Source of the DNA: a bacterium
GTDB lineage: Bacteria; UBA8248
DNA: 64,000 nucleotides
NCBI GenBank assembly: GCA_963692865.2
Contig: OY843592.1
Span: forward strand, 32,001 to 96,000
Reading direction: 5' to 3'
Shown: positions 21,679 through 30,239 of the stretch, in pieces
Layout: each line of letters begins with the position of its first letter
Position numbering within the stretch: position 1 is the stretch's first letter
The notes under the pieces: generated by a model
Told to the model about the DNA's origin: nothing
The model's input: the letters and a program-made list of their open reading frames with translations, nothing else
The model's database searches: none
Position numbers and translations under genes: made by a program

Positions 21679-21767
21679 GGCGATGAAACGCCCCTTTTCC
21701 TCAAGACGAAGCTCGGCTATGTTGCCAGATACGAGGCGATTATCCAACCAACGGGAGAGTTACGGTC

Positions 21768-22145
21768 TTGCAGAGAAAAATTCGAATCACCGCCGGCAGC
21801 GCAAGCACCGAGGCGGAACTCACGGAGAGCGAGACCGCGAACGCCTTGTGGGACGCATTGCCGATTACCGGCATGGCGAACGTATGGGGCGAGGAGATAT
21901 ATTTCCAGGTTCCCGTAGAGGCGCCCCTGGAGGATTCCGCGCGCGAGGAGATGGAAGTCGGAGAGATCGCCTACTGGCCCCCCGGCAGCGCGTTCTGCAT
22001 CTTTTTCGGCAGAACCCCGGCGAGCGTGGATGACGCGCCCCGCGCGGCCGGCCCCGTGAATCCGCTGGGCAAAGTGGACGGCGACCCGAAAGATTTCCTG
22101 GGCGTGCGCTCGGGAGAAGAGGTTCTCCTGGAGAGAGCGCCGTGA
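21768..22145 (+). CDS. Cyclophilin-like fold protein (DUF369-like)
   Basis: WGEEIYF, GEIAYWPPGSAFCIFFG and TP motifs. Confidence 0.8.
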   Translation: MQRKIRITAGSASTEAELTESETANALWDALPITGMANVWGEEIYFQVPVEAPLEDSAREEMEVGEIAYWPPGSAFCIFFGRTPASVDDAPRAAGPVNPLGKVDGDPKDFLGVRSGEEVLLERAP

Positions 22146-23395
22146 GTTCTCAAGGAGCCAAAGACGTCTCGGTCCTCATTCATTACGATGAGATTGGGCT
22201 CAAGGGAAAGAACCGTCCGCTTTTCATCGAGCGCCTCTCCAGGAGGATCGAGCGCGCGGCGTCCCTGTTCTGCGAGGCGAAAGTCAAAAAACGCACGGGA
22301 CGGCTGATTCTGGAAACGAACGGCCTGAAAGACCCCGACGCTCTGATCGAAGCCCTCAGAAAAGTATTCGGCGTCGCCTATTTCGCCCGCGCCCGAAGGG
22401 TTCCGCTCGACCTCGACGCGGCGGCGAGAGTCGCGCTCGAAATGATCGCCCCTCTCAAAATCAAAAGTTTCCGGGTGCGAACCCGCAAATCGTTCCCGAC
22501 CACGCCCGTCAGCGCGAGGGAGTGGGACAGGGCCATCGGCGCTGCGATTCAGGCCAGAAGACACCTGCCGGTCGATCTGGAGCATCCGGGGCTTACGGTT
22601 CACGTCGAGGTCATTCCCAGGGAAGCCTGGGTGTACGCCGAGAAAATACCGGGCCCGGGCGGCCTGCCCGTCGGCTCGCTCGGCAGGGTGGCGGCGCTCC
22701 TCTCGGGCGGCATCGACTCGCCGCTTGCCGCCTGGCGCATCATGAAGCGCGGCTGCGAGGTGGTGTTCATCCACTTTCACGGCGCGCCCTACTTGAGCCG
22801 CGCCTCCGCCGACAAGGCGAAGGATCTGGCCCAGGTGCTGAACGGCTACCAGTTGGGCAGCAGGCTCTACATGGTTCCGTTCGGGAACCTGCAAAAAGAG
22901 GTCGTTCTCGCCACGCAGCCCGAATACCGCGTCGTTCTATACCGCCGGTTCATGGCGCGCATCGGGGAGCGGATAGCCGGGCTGGAGAACGCACGCGCCC
23001 TGGTCTCCGGCGAGAGCCTGGGGCAGGTGGCGAGCCAGACGCTCCAGAACCTGGCGGCCATCGAGGACGCGGTGCGGATGCCTATCTTAAGGCCCCTGAT
23101 CGGCATGGACAAGGACGAGATCATCGAGGGGGCGAAAAAACTCGGCACGTTCGACATTTCCATCGAGCCCGACCAGGACTGCTGCTCGCTGTTCGTGCCG
23201 AAACACCCCGCCATCCGCTCCCACGCGGGGCACCTGCGCGGGATCGAGTCCCGCCTGCCCGTCCGGGACATGATCGACAAGGTGATCCACGAAACCGAGA
23301 TCATCGATTTAGGCGCAGACGGCCGGACCAGGAATTTCTCCTTCACCGAAATTCATCCCGCCGAGGTGGAGGCTGCTATCGCGCCGAATGCGTAG
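22142..23395 (+). CDS. thiI: tRNA 4-thiouridine synthase (THUMP + PP-loop, no rhodanese domain)
   Basis: EIGLKGKNR, GPGGLPVG, SGGIDS, GESLGQVASQT, RPLIGMDK and QDCC motifs. Confidence 0.95.
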   Translation: MSSQGAKDVSVLIHYDEIGLKGKNRPLFIERLSRRIERAASLFCEAKVKKRTGRLILETNGLKDPDALIEALRKVFGVAYFARARRVPLDLDAAARVALEMIAPLKIKSFRVRTRKSFPTTPVSAREWDRAIGAAIQARRHLPVDLEHPGLTVHVEVIPREAWVYAEKIPGPGGLPVGSLGRVAALLSGGIDSPLAAWRIMKRGCEVVFIHFHGAPYLSRASADKAKDLAQVLNGYQLGSRLYMVPFGNLQKEVVLATQPEYRVVLYRRFMARIGERIAGLENARALVSGESLGQVASQTLQNLAAIEDAVRMPILRPLIGMDKDEIIEGAKKLGTFDISIEPDQDCCSLFVPKHPAIRSHAGHLRGIESRLPVRDMIDKVIHETEIIDLGADGRTRNFSFTEIHPAEVEAAIAPNA

Positions 23396-23727
23396 GGGCA
23401 TGGACAGGCGCGGGGGTAGGGACAGGTCGCGACCTGTCCGATTTGGTTTGGATCGTCATTCCGGCGAATGCCGGAACCCAGGGGTTTCGCCTTTGTCTTT
23501 TACTTCTGTCGGATTCCTGCAGATAAGAAGGCATGAAAGGGCCGTAATGTGGCCACCTCATCCGCTCTGGATTCCGGCATTCGCCGGAATGACGGTGGTT
23601 TATCTCGGGCGATGAGGAAAAGTACAAGGACAGGTCGCGACCCCGGACAGGCCCTCACGCCTGTCCGGTTACAAAAACGGCACGTACCGAAACAAACCTG
23701 CAGCAGGGCGGCTTCCGTGGCCGCCCT
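23392..23727. repeat. Mosaic palindromic repeat cluster
   Basis: GTAGGGACAGGTCGCGACCTGTCC and a GTCATTCCGGCGAATGCCGGAA...TTCCGGCATTCGCCGGAATGAC element (23454-23594) in reverse orientation to the copies at 7344 and 13560. Confidence 0.8.
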
Positions 23728-23759
23728 GCCTCGAGAAGCGTCCGATTCTCGCGCGAATT

Positions 23760-24290
23760 CTACCGGGCGGGGGGCGCCGAGGTGCGCCGGATGAGCTCCC
23801 TGAGCGCTTCGCTCTGGTCTGAGAGCGCCTTTATGGATTCGCGATGCTGTTCGCTTTGCGTCTCGCGCTGAGCGGTCAACTCCTCCATGGATTCGCGGTG
23901 TCGGCCTTTTTCCGCCTCGCGCTCTTCGGCCAGCGCCGCCATGGATTCGCGGTGTCGGTCTTTTTCCGCTTCGCGCTCTTCGGCCAGCACCGCCATGGAT
24001 TCGCGGTGTCGGTCTTTTTCCGCTTCGCGCTCTTCGGCCAGCACCGCCATGTGTTCGCGGTGCCTGCTGTCGATCGCCGCCATGGATTCGCGATGTCGGC
24101 GATCCATCGCCTCCATGGTTTCGCGGTGCTGGGAGTCTCGGTGACGCGCGGCCTGGCGCATGAAGTAGAGGCCGTACGCGATCAGGGTGCATTGCGCGGC
24201 CCCGACGATGGCGGCAACCCACACGGAGGCCTGCTGCGCCGCGAGAGAGGCTTGCTGGATGGCGAGGGTTGCCGTTTCGAATTCCGTCAT
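23760..24290 (-). CDS. Membrane-anchored coiled-coil tandem-repeat protein
   Basis: One N-terminal hydrophobic helix, then seven (R/Q)HRE(S/T/H)(M/I) motifs at 11- and 18-aa spacing. A putative TTGACG-N18-TAGAGT promoter lies upstream. Confidence 0.7.
   Translation of the reverse strand: MTEFETATLAIQQASLAAQQASVWVAAIVGAAQCTLIAYGLYFMRQAARHRDSQHRETMEAMDRRHRESMAAIDSRHREHMAVLAEEREAEKDRHRESMAVLAEEREAEKDRHRESMAALAEEREAEKGRHRESMEELTAQRETQSEQHRESIKALSDQSEALRELIRRTSAPPAR
23832..24128. repeat. Intragenic tandem repeats (54-bp and 33-bp periods)
   Basis: CATGGATTCGCGGTG-type units start at 23832, 23886, 23940, 23994, 24048, 24081 and 24114. Confidence 0.85.
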
Positions 24291-24390
24291 TCGTTTTTCT
24301 CCCACCAAAGTGAAGTGGGTCCTCAGACGTATTCATTGACTCTAGCGAGGCGCCTCGCCCTCCGTCAAGCGCGGTCAAATATTAGCCAAT

Positions 24391-24470
24391 CGGGCGGACA
24401 CATAGGTCCGCCCCTACGGAAACCTCGCGTATCGAAACGACCCGTAGGGGCGGCCACAGGGGGCCGCCCA
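24391..24470. repeat. REP-like palindromes
   Basis: GGGCGGACACATAGGTCCGCCCCTAC (near-identical copy at 30772) and GTAGGGGCGGCCACAGGGGCCGCCC. Confidence 0.7.
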
Positions 24471-24520
24471 TGATTCAGGGGGCCTCGGACAGGCCTCTGC
24501 GCCGGTCCAGCTACGCATCC

Positions 24521-24922
24521 CTACCCCGCCTGCTCCCTCTCCATGTCCGCCGCGAGGTCTCTCTGATCGACGAAATGCGTGTCCTCGTGCAGGTAGCCGG
24601 CGAAATTGTCCAGCCGTATGGGGCCTGCGGCCTCGAAGGCCACCGTGTCCTCGAGATAGTCCGCCTGGTGCTCGGTATGCGGCGGCACGTACCAGACGTC
24701 GCCCGGCTTCAAGACCGCCACCGGATCGCCGCCCGCCTGTACGCGGGCGGAGCCGCTGATGAGGCAGAAAATCTGCTCCGCCTCATGGTGGTGTCTGCGC
24801 GTGGAATTCCCGCCTTTCGCGTGGATGTAGCTGATCATGCAGTGTTTTCCGCTTACGAGGCCCACTTCCACCCCCGGAAACGGCGCCTTCACCGGCAGTT
24901 CGTCCCAATTCGTCACTGGCAT
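24521..24922 (-). CDS. Cupin domain protein
   Basis: HHHEAEQ and PGDVWYVPPHTEH cupin motifs. Confidence 0.88.
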   Translation of the reverse strand: MPVTNWDELPVKAPFPGVEVGLVSGKHCMISYIHAKGGNSTRRHHHEAEQIFCLISGSARVQAGGDPVAVLKPGDVWYVPPHTEHQADYLEDTVAFEAAGPIRLDNFAGYLHEDTHFVDQRDLAADMEREQAG

Positions 24923-25028
24923 TTTCGTCTCCTTGCGTTTCGCGACCGCCGCGCGCCCGACCGAGGGCGAAGGGCGTTGCGCGAATAAAGAAATTACGGC
25001 GTCTCTATCGTCATGGAGCTGTTTGTGT

Positions 25029-25273
25029 GTAGGGGCCGCATGGGGCTGTTGAAAAAGCTATCCCTCTCGCATCAACCACGTTTTACCCGTAGGGGCCGTT
25101 CGCGAACGTGGGGCGTTCATCAACGCCCCACCCCGGAGAAGAAACGGGCGCTTCCCGAAGCGCCCCTACGGTCGCCATTCAGAGTCGGTGTAGGGGTCGC
25201 ATATCATGCGACCCTGATTTTCGCCTCCACAAGGCGGGCCGCATAATATGTCAGACATATATGTCTGACCTAC
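25029..25273. repeat. Mosaic REP cluster
   Basis: GGGGCTGTTGAAAAAG end, GTAGGGGCCGTTCGCGAACG, GGGGCGTTCATCAACGCC and GTAGGGGTCGCATATCATGCGACCC...GTCAGACATATATGTCTGACCTAC. Similar modules lie in inverted orientation on the other side of the aldo-keto reductase gene. Confidence 0.8.
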
Positions 25274-25351
25274 AAAAACCGCTCCTCCATGGTCGGTTAA
25301 ATACGCCGAATCGCTAAATCAGGTCTTTCCCGACAACCCCTCTTACGCGCC

Positions 25352-26260
25352 CTAGACCTCCTCGAGCCTCCTGACGGCCTCTGCGGGCAGGGATTCGCCG
25401 CATGCGGCGTTCTGCTGGGACTGCTCGGGCGTCCTGATGCCCGGAATCACGCAGCTTACGTTCTCGTTCGAGACGCAGAAGCGGATGGCCGCCTGGGCCG
25501 CCGATATGCCGAGATTCGCCGCCACCTCGCGCGTGCGGGCGAGCTGCGCCTGGAACTTGCGGATGTTTTCGGGCGAGAGGATGCCCTTTCGCCGGTCGCC
25601 TTCGGCGAACTCGAACGCCTCGTCGATGCGCCCCGAGAGGAAGCCCCGCTTCAGGGGAACGCGGGATATCACGCCCACGTCCGCCTCCTTCGCGCGGGCG
25701 AAGGCGGGCGCCGCCTCCTGGCTGATGACGTTGTACTCCATCTGGAGGGTGGCGGGCTTGTCCTGCTCCACGGTCAGGTCGCATTCCTCGACCGTGTTCA
25801 CCGAAACGCCCCAGTGCTTGATCTTGCCGTCGTCCCTGGCCTTCTCGAGCAGGGCGTAGCTGTCCTCGGCCGCCAGGTTGTCGACGTTGGGGTTGTGGAG
25901 CTGGTAGTAGTCGATGGCGTCCACGCCCAGGCGCTTCAAGCTCCCCTCCAGGCAGCCGGCGATGTACTCGGGCGTAAAATTCCGCGCGCCCGTCGACATG
26001 TCGTTCCCGCCCTTGGTGAAGACGAGGATGTCGCCGCGGTCCGAGCGCTCGTTCAGGAACTTGCCGATGACGGTCTCGCTGTGGCCCGCGCCGTAGGCGT
26101 CGGAGGTGTCGATGAAGTTCATGCCGGCGTCGACCGCGGCGTGCAGGGCGCGGTTGCTCTCCCCGTCGTCCACGGGGCCGAACACGCCCCCGATGGTCAT
26201 GGCGCCGAAGCCGATGACCGTGACCTCCAGACCGGTGCGTCCGAGTGTTCTTTTCTCCAT
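25352..26260 (-). CDS. Aldo/keto reductase
   Basis: RTLGRTG, FIDTSDAYG, SLKRLGVDAIDYYQLH, GKIKHWGVS and VIPG motifs. Confidence 0.92.
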   Translation of the reverse strand: MEKRTLGRTGLEVTVIGFGAMTIGGVFGPVDDGESNRALHAAVDAGMNFIDTSDAYGAGHSETVIGKFLNERSDRGDILVFTKGGNDMSTGARNFTPEYIAGCLEGSLKRLGVDAIDYYQLHNPNVDNLAAEDSYALLEKARDDGKIKHWGVSVNTVEECDLTVEQDKPATLQMEYNVISQEAAPAFARAKEADVGVISRVPLKRGFLSGRIDEAFEFAEGDRRKGILSPENIRKFQAQLARTREVAANLGISAAQAAIRFCVSNENVSCVIPGIRTPEQSQQNAACGESLPAEAVRRLEEV

Positions 26261-26421
26261 GTGTCGTCTCCATAAAAACGAGGAAAATTTCATAATCCCG
26301 GAGCCGGGTTCCAGGAAACCCCGAACTTCGTCCGGGAAACAGCGATTGCGTGGATGCGCTTGATGGCGGCTGCATCATAGCTTTCATCCGGCGATTTCCG
26401 CAATCGAACTCGCGCATGGAC

Positions 26422-26920
26422 GGGCTGTTGAAAGAGCCCCCTTTGGTCGGGATTGCGGTTGCAGCAGGGACAACCACGGAGGGTTCGGACAACCCCTCTT
26501 CGGGGTTATCCCTGCTACACGCCTCGTTCGGGTGTCGGCGTAGGGGCCGCATATCATGCGGCCCGTTGTCGGAGGGCGAAAAAGGCCGGGTCGCATGATA
26601 TGTCAGACATACAACACCATCTTGAATAACAACCGTAGAGGCGCTTCGTGAAGCGCCCGTTTTTTTTCCGGGGTGAGGCGTTGATGAACGCCCCACGTTC
26701 GCGAACGGCCCCTACGGGAGCATCACGTCGCCGGCCGGGCAGCGAGCAACCACTCCCCCCTTGAGGGGGAGTCAACGCGGCAAGGACAATGTCCGCAGCC
26801 GCGTTGGTGGGGGGAGATTTTTCTGTGGCATGTCCCCCCACCGGTTCAGCCTTTGCACAAAACGCTCGGCTTCACCGTCGGGCATTCCCCTCGGGATGCC
26901 CGACCCTCAAGGGGGGAGTG
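26422..26920. repeat. Mosaic REP/MITE-like cluster
   Basis: GGGCTGTTGAAAG end, GTAG-type palindromes and CACTCCCCCCTTGAGGGGG...CCCTCAAGGGGGGAGTG (26751-26920), an inverted relative of 13860-14031. Confidence 0.8.
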
Positions 26921-27303
26921 ATTCCCGTCGCCATACAGCCTCACCCACGCATTTCCCCGCATTTCCTCTTCCCCCTCAAACCCCGCCCTGCGCTATCGTG
27001 CGCGCGACGCGGGGAAACGGTTTCTCCCGCATCGGTTGGAATGAAAAGGGTGGAGGGCTTCTCATGGATTCAGGTGCAGGGGCGAAATTGAAGACGGCGA
27101 ATCTTTTTTATGTGCTCGGAACTCTCCTGTCATCGCTCGGTCAGATTCGACTTCTTCGGCTGGAACGGATTCTCGCTCCTTGCCCGGGTTTCACCGCCGG
27201 AGGGGTAGCGCCGGCGGGTTCAGGGAAACGATTGATAATGAAAATAATGATATTTTGTATAAAATTGGGAATTATATACGAAAGTGCCGAAACGGGCCGA
27301 TCG

Positions 27304-27474
27304 CTACCGCTCCTTGGGGATTCTCACATGTTTGACGTTTACGTCTTTGGCCAAGGCCTTGACGGCTTGCTCGAACGTCGCATCCACCCGCAGGTCGGCT
27401 TCTAGTTCCGCCTTGCTCGGCTGGTAGGTTGGTTCGGCCACCTCGACGGTGGGGCGGTCGGGTTTCTTGCTCAT
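27304..27474 (-). CDS. Small hypothetical protein (56 aa, YQPSKAELE motif) at the IS end
   Basis: SD GAGGAG and a TATACT -10 upstream; ends about 10 bp inside the left TIR. Confidence 0.7.
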   Translation of the reverse strand: MSKKPDRPTVEVAEPTYQPSKAELEADLRVDATFEQAVKALAKDVNVKHVRIPKER

Positions 27475-27545
27475 GGCATTCTCCTCACGGGCAAAGTATA
27501 GCGCGTGTAATGAAAATTCGCCACCGCTTTCATGGCTGGCCGCCC

Positions 27546-27899
27546 CTAGTCGCATTTCCGGTCAGTGTTTTTGTGGAAAAACCACCATGTACTGTTGTCG
27601 GCAAACCGCATGTTCCTATTGCCGGTCTTCGGCACCTCCAACACCTGCCGCCAGAATACTTCTTTGCCATCCACGTACATGTGGAGGCCGCCAAACTCGA
27701 ATTTCCATTTGCCCGTCGCCTTAAGGGCGCATGTAACTTTGTTGTACAGCTTCATGCTCCGGTCTTCGTAAAGCCACAAGATGCTGTTCTTCGTAAACCA
27801 GATACCGGTTAAGTCGGCCTTGGATATGCGGGCCATATCGTAGCCGTGGGAAATGGAAACCGAACCTGCCAGCAACAGAACCGCCAAGACGTAGCGCAT
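27546..27899 (-). CDS. Putative secreted small beta-rich protein (IS passenger)
   Basis: Signal peptide MRYVLAVLLLAGSVSISHG, LTGIW...ATGKW pattern and SD GGAGGGG. Confidence 0.65.
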   Translation of the reverse strand: MRYVLAVLLLAGSVSISHGYDMARISKADLTGIWFTKNSILWLYEDRSMKLYNKVTCALKATGKWKFEFGGLHMYVDGKEVFWRQVLEVPKTGNRNMRFADNSTWWFFHKNTDRKCD

Positions 27900-27922
27900 G
27901 GCCTACCCCTCCGCAAATTGAA

Positions 27923-28225
27923 AATGGCGGTGGGGCGTGCTACCAATGATGATGCAACTCCAAGTTGTAATGGTGGCACGCTCCACCATTGCGGGAGTCT
28001 CGGCGGCCACCGAGGCTCCCGCGCTTTTCTATCATCAATTTCCTTGGGATATGAGGAAGTGCCCCGACCTACCCAAAGAGGCCGGGCCTTGTCGTTACCG
28101 CACAGAGAGTGTGGGAACCCCGCTTATTCGCCTTTCGCCTGGGGAGCGACCCCGGGCCTGAATCAAGGCTGTTTTATTCGGCGAGAGACCCGACTAAGGC
28201 ATCGGGTTCTCCTGCGGTAACGACA
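27923..28225. ncRNA. Candidate structured non-coding RNA(s) inside the IS
   Basis: Perfect 13-bp inverted repeat (28090-28102 / 28213-28225) enclosing several hairpins, a 17-bp stem (27929-27987) and a 13-bp terminator-like stem (27991-28022). Confidence 0.5.
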
Positions 28226-28231
28226 TCGCAG

Positions 28232-28311
28232 ATTGTAATGGAAACAGAACGCAAAATACAACCGCTAAATCGGCGGGGGCAATTGACAGCATCATTCCGA
28301 TTTGGGATCAT
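28232..28311. promoter_or_regulatory. Divergent sigma70-like promoters within the IS
   Basis: Minus strand TTGTAT-N18-TACAAT (28261-28232). Plus strand TTGACA-N17-GATCAT with a TG extension (28283-28311, weak -10). Confidence 0.45.
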
Positions 28312-28502
28312 TATCGAACATTCGAAGTGGCCACTAGGACGCCAAGAGGCCGGGCCCCAGCCCAGCCTCTTGGTAAAACGGTGGCCCCGTAGCCAACCGT
28401 GGTAGGGACGCTACGGGAGCAGAAAAACAAGCCTCTCAACGATACGCTGCTCCCCAGCATTTTGCAAGCGTCCCTGCCCTTTACTTACGGAAGGGCCGTA
28501 AA

Positions 28503-28739
28503 ATGACGCTTGCTCTTGAAGAAGTGCTCTGCCACCTACCAGAACGAGATCAAAGGAAATTCATCAACCTGCCAGAGGCGAATCGCAACGAACTGCGCGC
28601 CTACATTATGGCATCCGAACGCCTGCCGAGGTCGGCTTCCGATCTGTTTTTGGCACCCGGCACGGTATCGGGTCCAGCCGTAGGCCGAACAAGGGAAGTG
28701 GTGCGTGGAAGGGTAGAAACAACCCCGATTACGATATGA
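28503..28739 (+). CDS. Hypothetical protein (78 aa) convergent with the transposase
   Basis: ATG preceded by GGAAGGG; the 3' end overlaps the transposase stop. No recognisable motif. Confidence 0.35.
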   Translation: MTLALEEVLCHLPERDQRKFINLPEANRNELRAYIMASERLPRSASDLFLAPGTVSGPAVGRTREVVRGRVETTPITI

Positions 28740-29685
28740 GGTCGCGGTAGCGTAGCCGCTTGCCGTTCATGCCATCGCTCATGGCGATGATCTGGTCAAG
28801 CGTATCCAGCGGGCGGATGTTATGCCGCCCCGAAAACTCCGCAACATACCTGTGCAGATGCTTCTGGCTGATCTTGTGGAAGGTGCCATGGTAGCCCCGC
28901 TTTAGTACGGCCCAAAAGCTCTCGATGCCGTTCGTATGGGCCTGCTCTTTCACGTATTCCTTGGCGGAGTGCTTTACGCTTTCGTGCTTGTATTCCCCGC
29001 CGTAGCCATAGCCCAGATGGACGTAGCCCCGGTTCTCGTCGGTAAACAGCGTGGCCCCCGGAGCAACATTCTGGCGAACGAACTGCTTGATCGTTTCGCC
29101 CTTGCCGTCCTCAAGAACCCCGGCCTTTACCCGTCCGGTTTCACGTTCCTTCGCGCCGATGACCGCCACCTTGCCCACGGGGCCGCGCCCTTCCTTCACA
29201 CGCTTGGATTTCGGCTTGTTCTTATCCAGCCCTCCAAAATAGCTTTCATCACATTCCACCGCGCCGGTAAACATACCGCCGTCCGCCTCCAACGCCTTGC
29301 GCAACCTATGGGCCATGAACCACGCGCTTTTTTGCGTGATACCGAACTCCCGGTGTAGCTTCATGCTGGATACGCTCTTGAGGCTGGTGGTGAACATATA
29401 GGTGGCAATCATCCAGTCCTGAAACCCGATCTTGGATCCTTCCATGACCGTGCCCGTCTTCGCGCTGAACCGCTTGGCGCATTCCTTCTCCCGGCACCTG
29501 TACGGCATGGTCTTGTGCTTGGCGCCCGTCTGGACGTTAAGCGACCCGCAGTGCGGGCAACAGATGCCCACGGGCCAGCGTTGCTTCACGAACCATGCTT
29601 CGGCGGTTTCATCGTCAGGGAACATGCGGAAAATCTCTTTGGTGGAAATGCCTTTTCTGTAGTGCTTGCCCGGTGCTTTACCCAT
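28729..29685 (-). CDS. IS1595-family DDE transposase
   Basis: Zn ribbon CPHC...CREKEC, HTH (SSMKLHREFGITQKSAWFM), ECDESYFGG, TDE, HTNGIESFWAVLKR and YVAEFSGRHN. Confidence 0.95.
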   Translation of the reverse strand: MGKAPGKHYRKGISTKEIFRMFPDDETAEAWFVKQRWPVGICCPHCGSLNVQTGAKHKTMPYRCREKECAKRFSAKTGTVMEGSKIGFQDWMIATYMFTTSLKSVSSMKLHREFGITQKSAWFMAHRLRKALEADGGMFTGAVECDESYFGGLDKNKPKSKRVKEGRGPVGKVAVIGAKERETGRVKAGVLEDGKGETIKQFVRQNVAPGATLFTDENRGYVHLGYGYGGEYKHESVKHSAKEYVKEQAHTNGIESFWAVLKRGYHGTFHKISQKHLHRYVAEFSGRHNIRPLDTLDQIIAMSDGMNGKRLRYRDLIS

Positions 29686-29713
29686 CGTTTTCTCCCTTTG
29701 CCATCATGGGAGA

Positions 29714-29761
29714 ATAATACTACAAAGTGCCGAAAATGTAAAGCGGGTTTCGGCACTTTCG
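29714..29761 (-). promoter_or_regulatory. Transposase promoter overlapped by two internal TIR-core copies
   Basis: TTTACA-N17-TATTAT (29742-29714). AAAGTGCCGAAA (29724-29735) lies in the spacer and inverted TTTCGGCACTTTCG (29748-29761) lies just upstream. Confidence 0.75.
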
Positions 29762-29963
29762 TGGAAAAATTTCTCAATGTGTTGCATAATCCACAACATT
29801 CTATAATTATTGCGCTAGGATATGTCTCTTGGTCGACTGAGGTGATCCGACCCTAAATTTTCACCGGAGGGACAAATCTATCTGGCGGAAATCGCGCAAT
29901 AAACAGCATTGAAGCGGAAACCAATCAGAAGTCTCAAAAGGAGAATAGATAGGAGATGAGCCG

Positions 29964-30239
29964 ATGCCCATTTTCGCTGTCGCTTTAGGAGAGCGTAACA
30001 ACGAAATAAAAAAAGCTATAGAGAAAGCATATCCCGATGAACATCATGAACTTCAAGACATGTTTTTCCTTATACAAGACCCTGCCAGCGCTAGAGACGT
30101 AGCCGTGAAAATAAGATTGCGAGGCGATAATCAAGTTGAGGATGCGAATGGCGTAGTCTTCAAAATTAACAGTGCATACGCTGGATACACATACAGCGAT
30201 TTGTGGGATTGGCTTGAAAATGCTGAGGGCAAAGAATGA
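29964..30239 (+). CDS. Hypothetical 91-aa protein (possible Cas2/VapD-like ferredoxin fold), IS passenger
   Basis: SD AGGAG, low GC, C-terminal YAG...WDWL pattern. The fold assignment is inference only. Confidence 0.65.
   Translation: MPIFAVALGERNNEIKKAIEKAYPDEHHELQDMFFLIQDPASARDVAVKIRLRGDNQVEDANGVVFKINSAYAGYTYSDLWDWLENAEGKE

Noticed and set aside
23832-24128. Regular repeats as a possible CRISPR array
   Set aside because: The units are contiguous, multiples of 3 and encode a protein repeat. There are no unique spacers or cas genes.
29830-29895. CTGAGGTGA...GAAA as a hammerhead ribozyme core
   Set aside because: It does not match CUGANGA, and the flanking stems do not fit the hammerhead topology.
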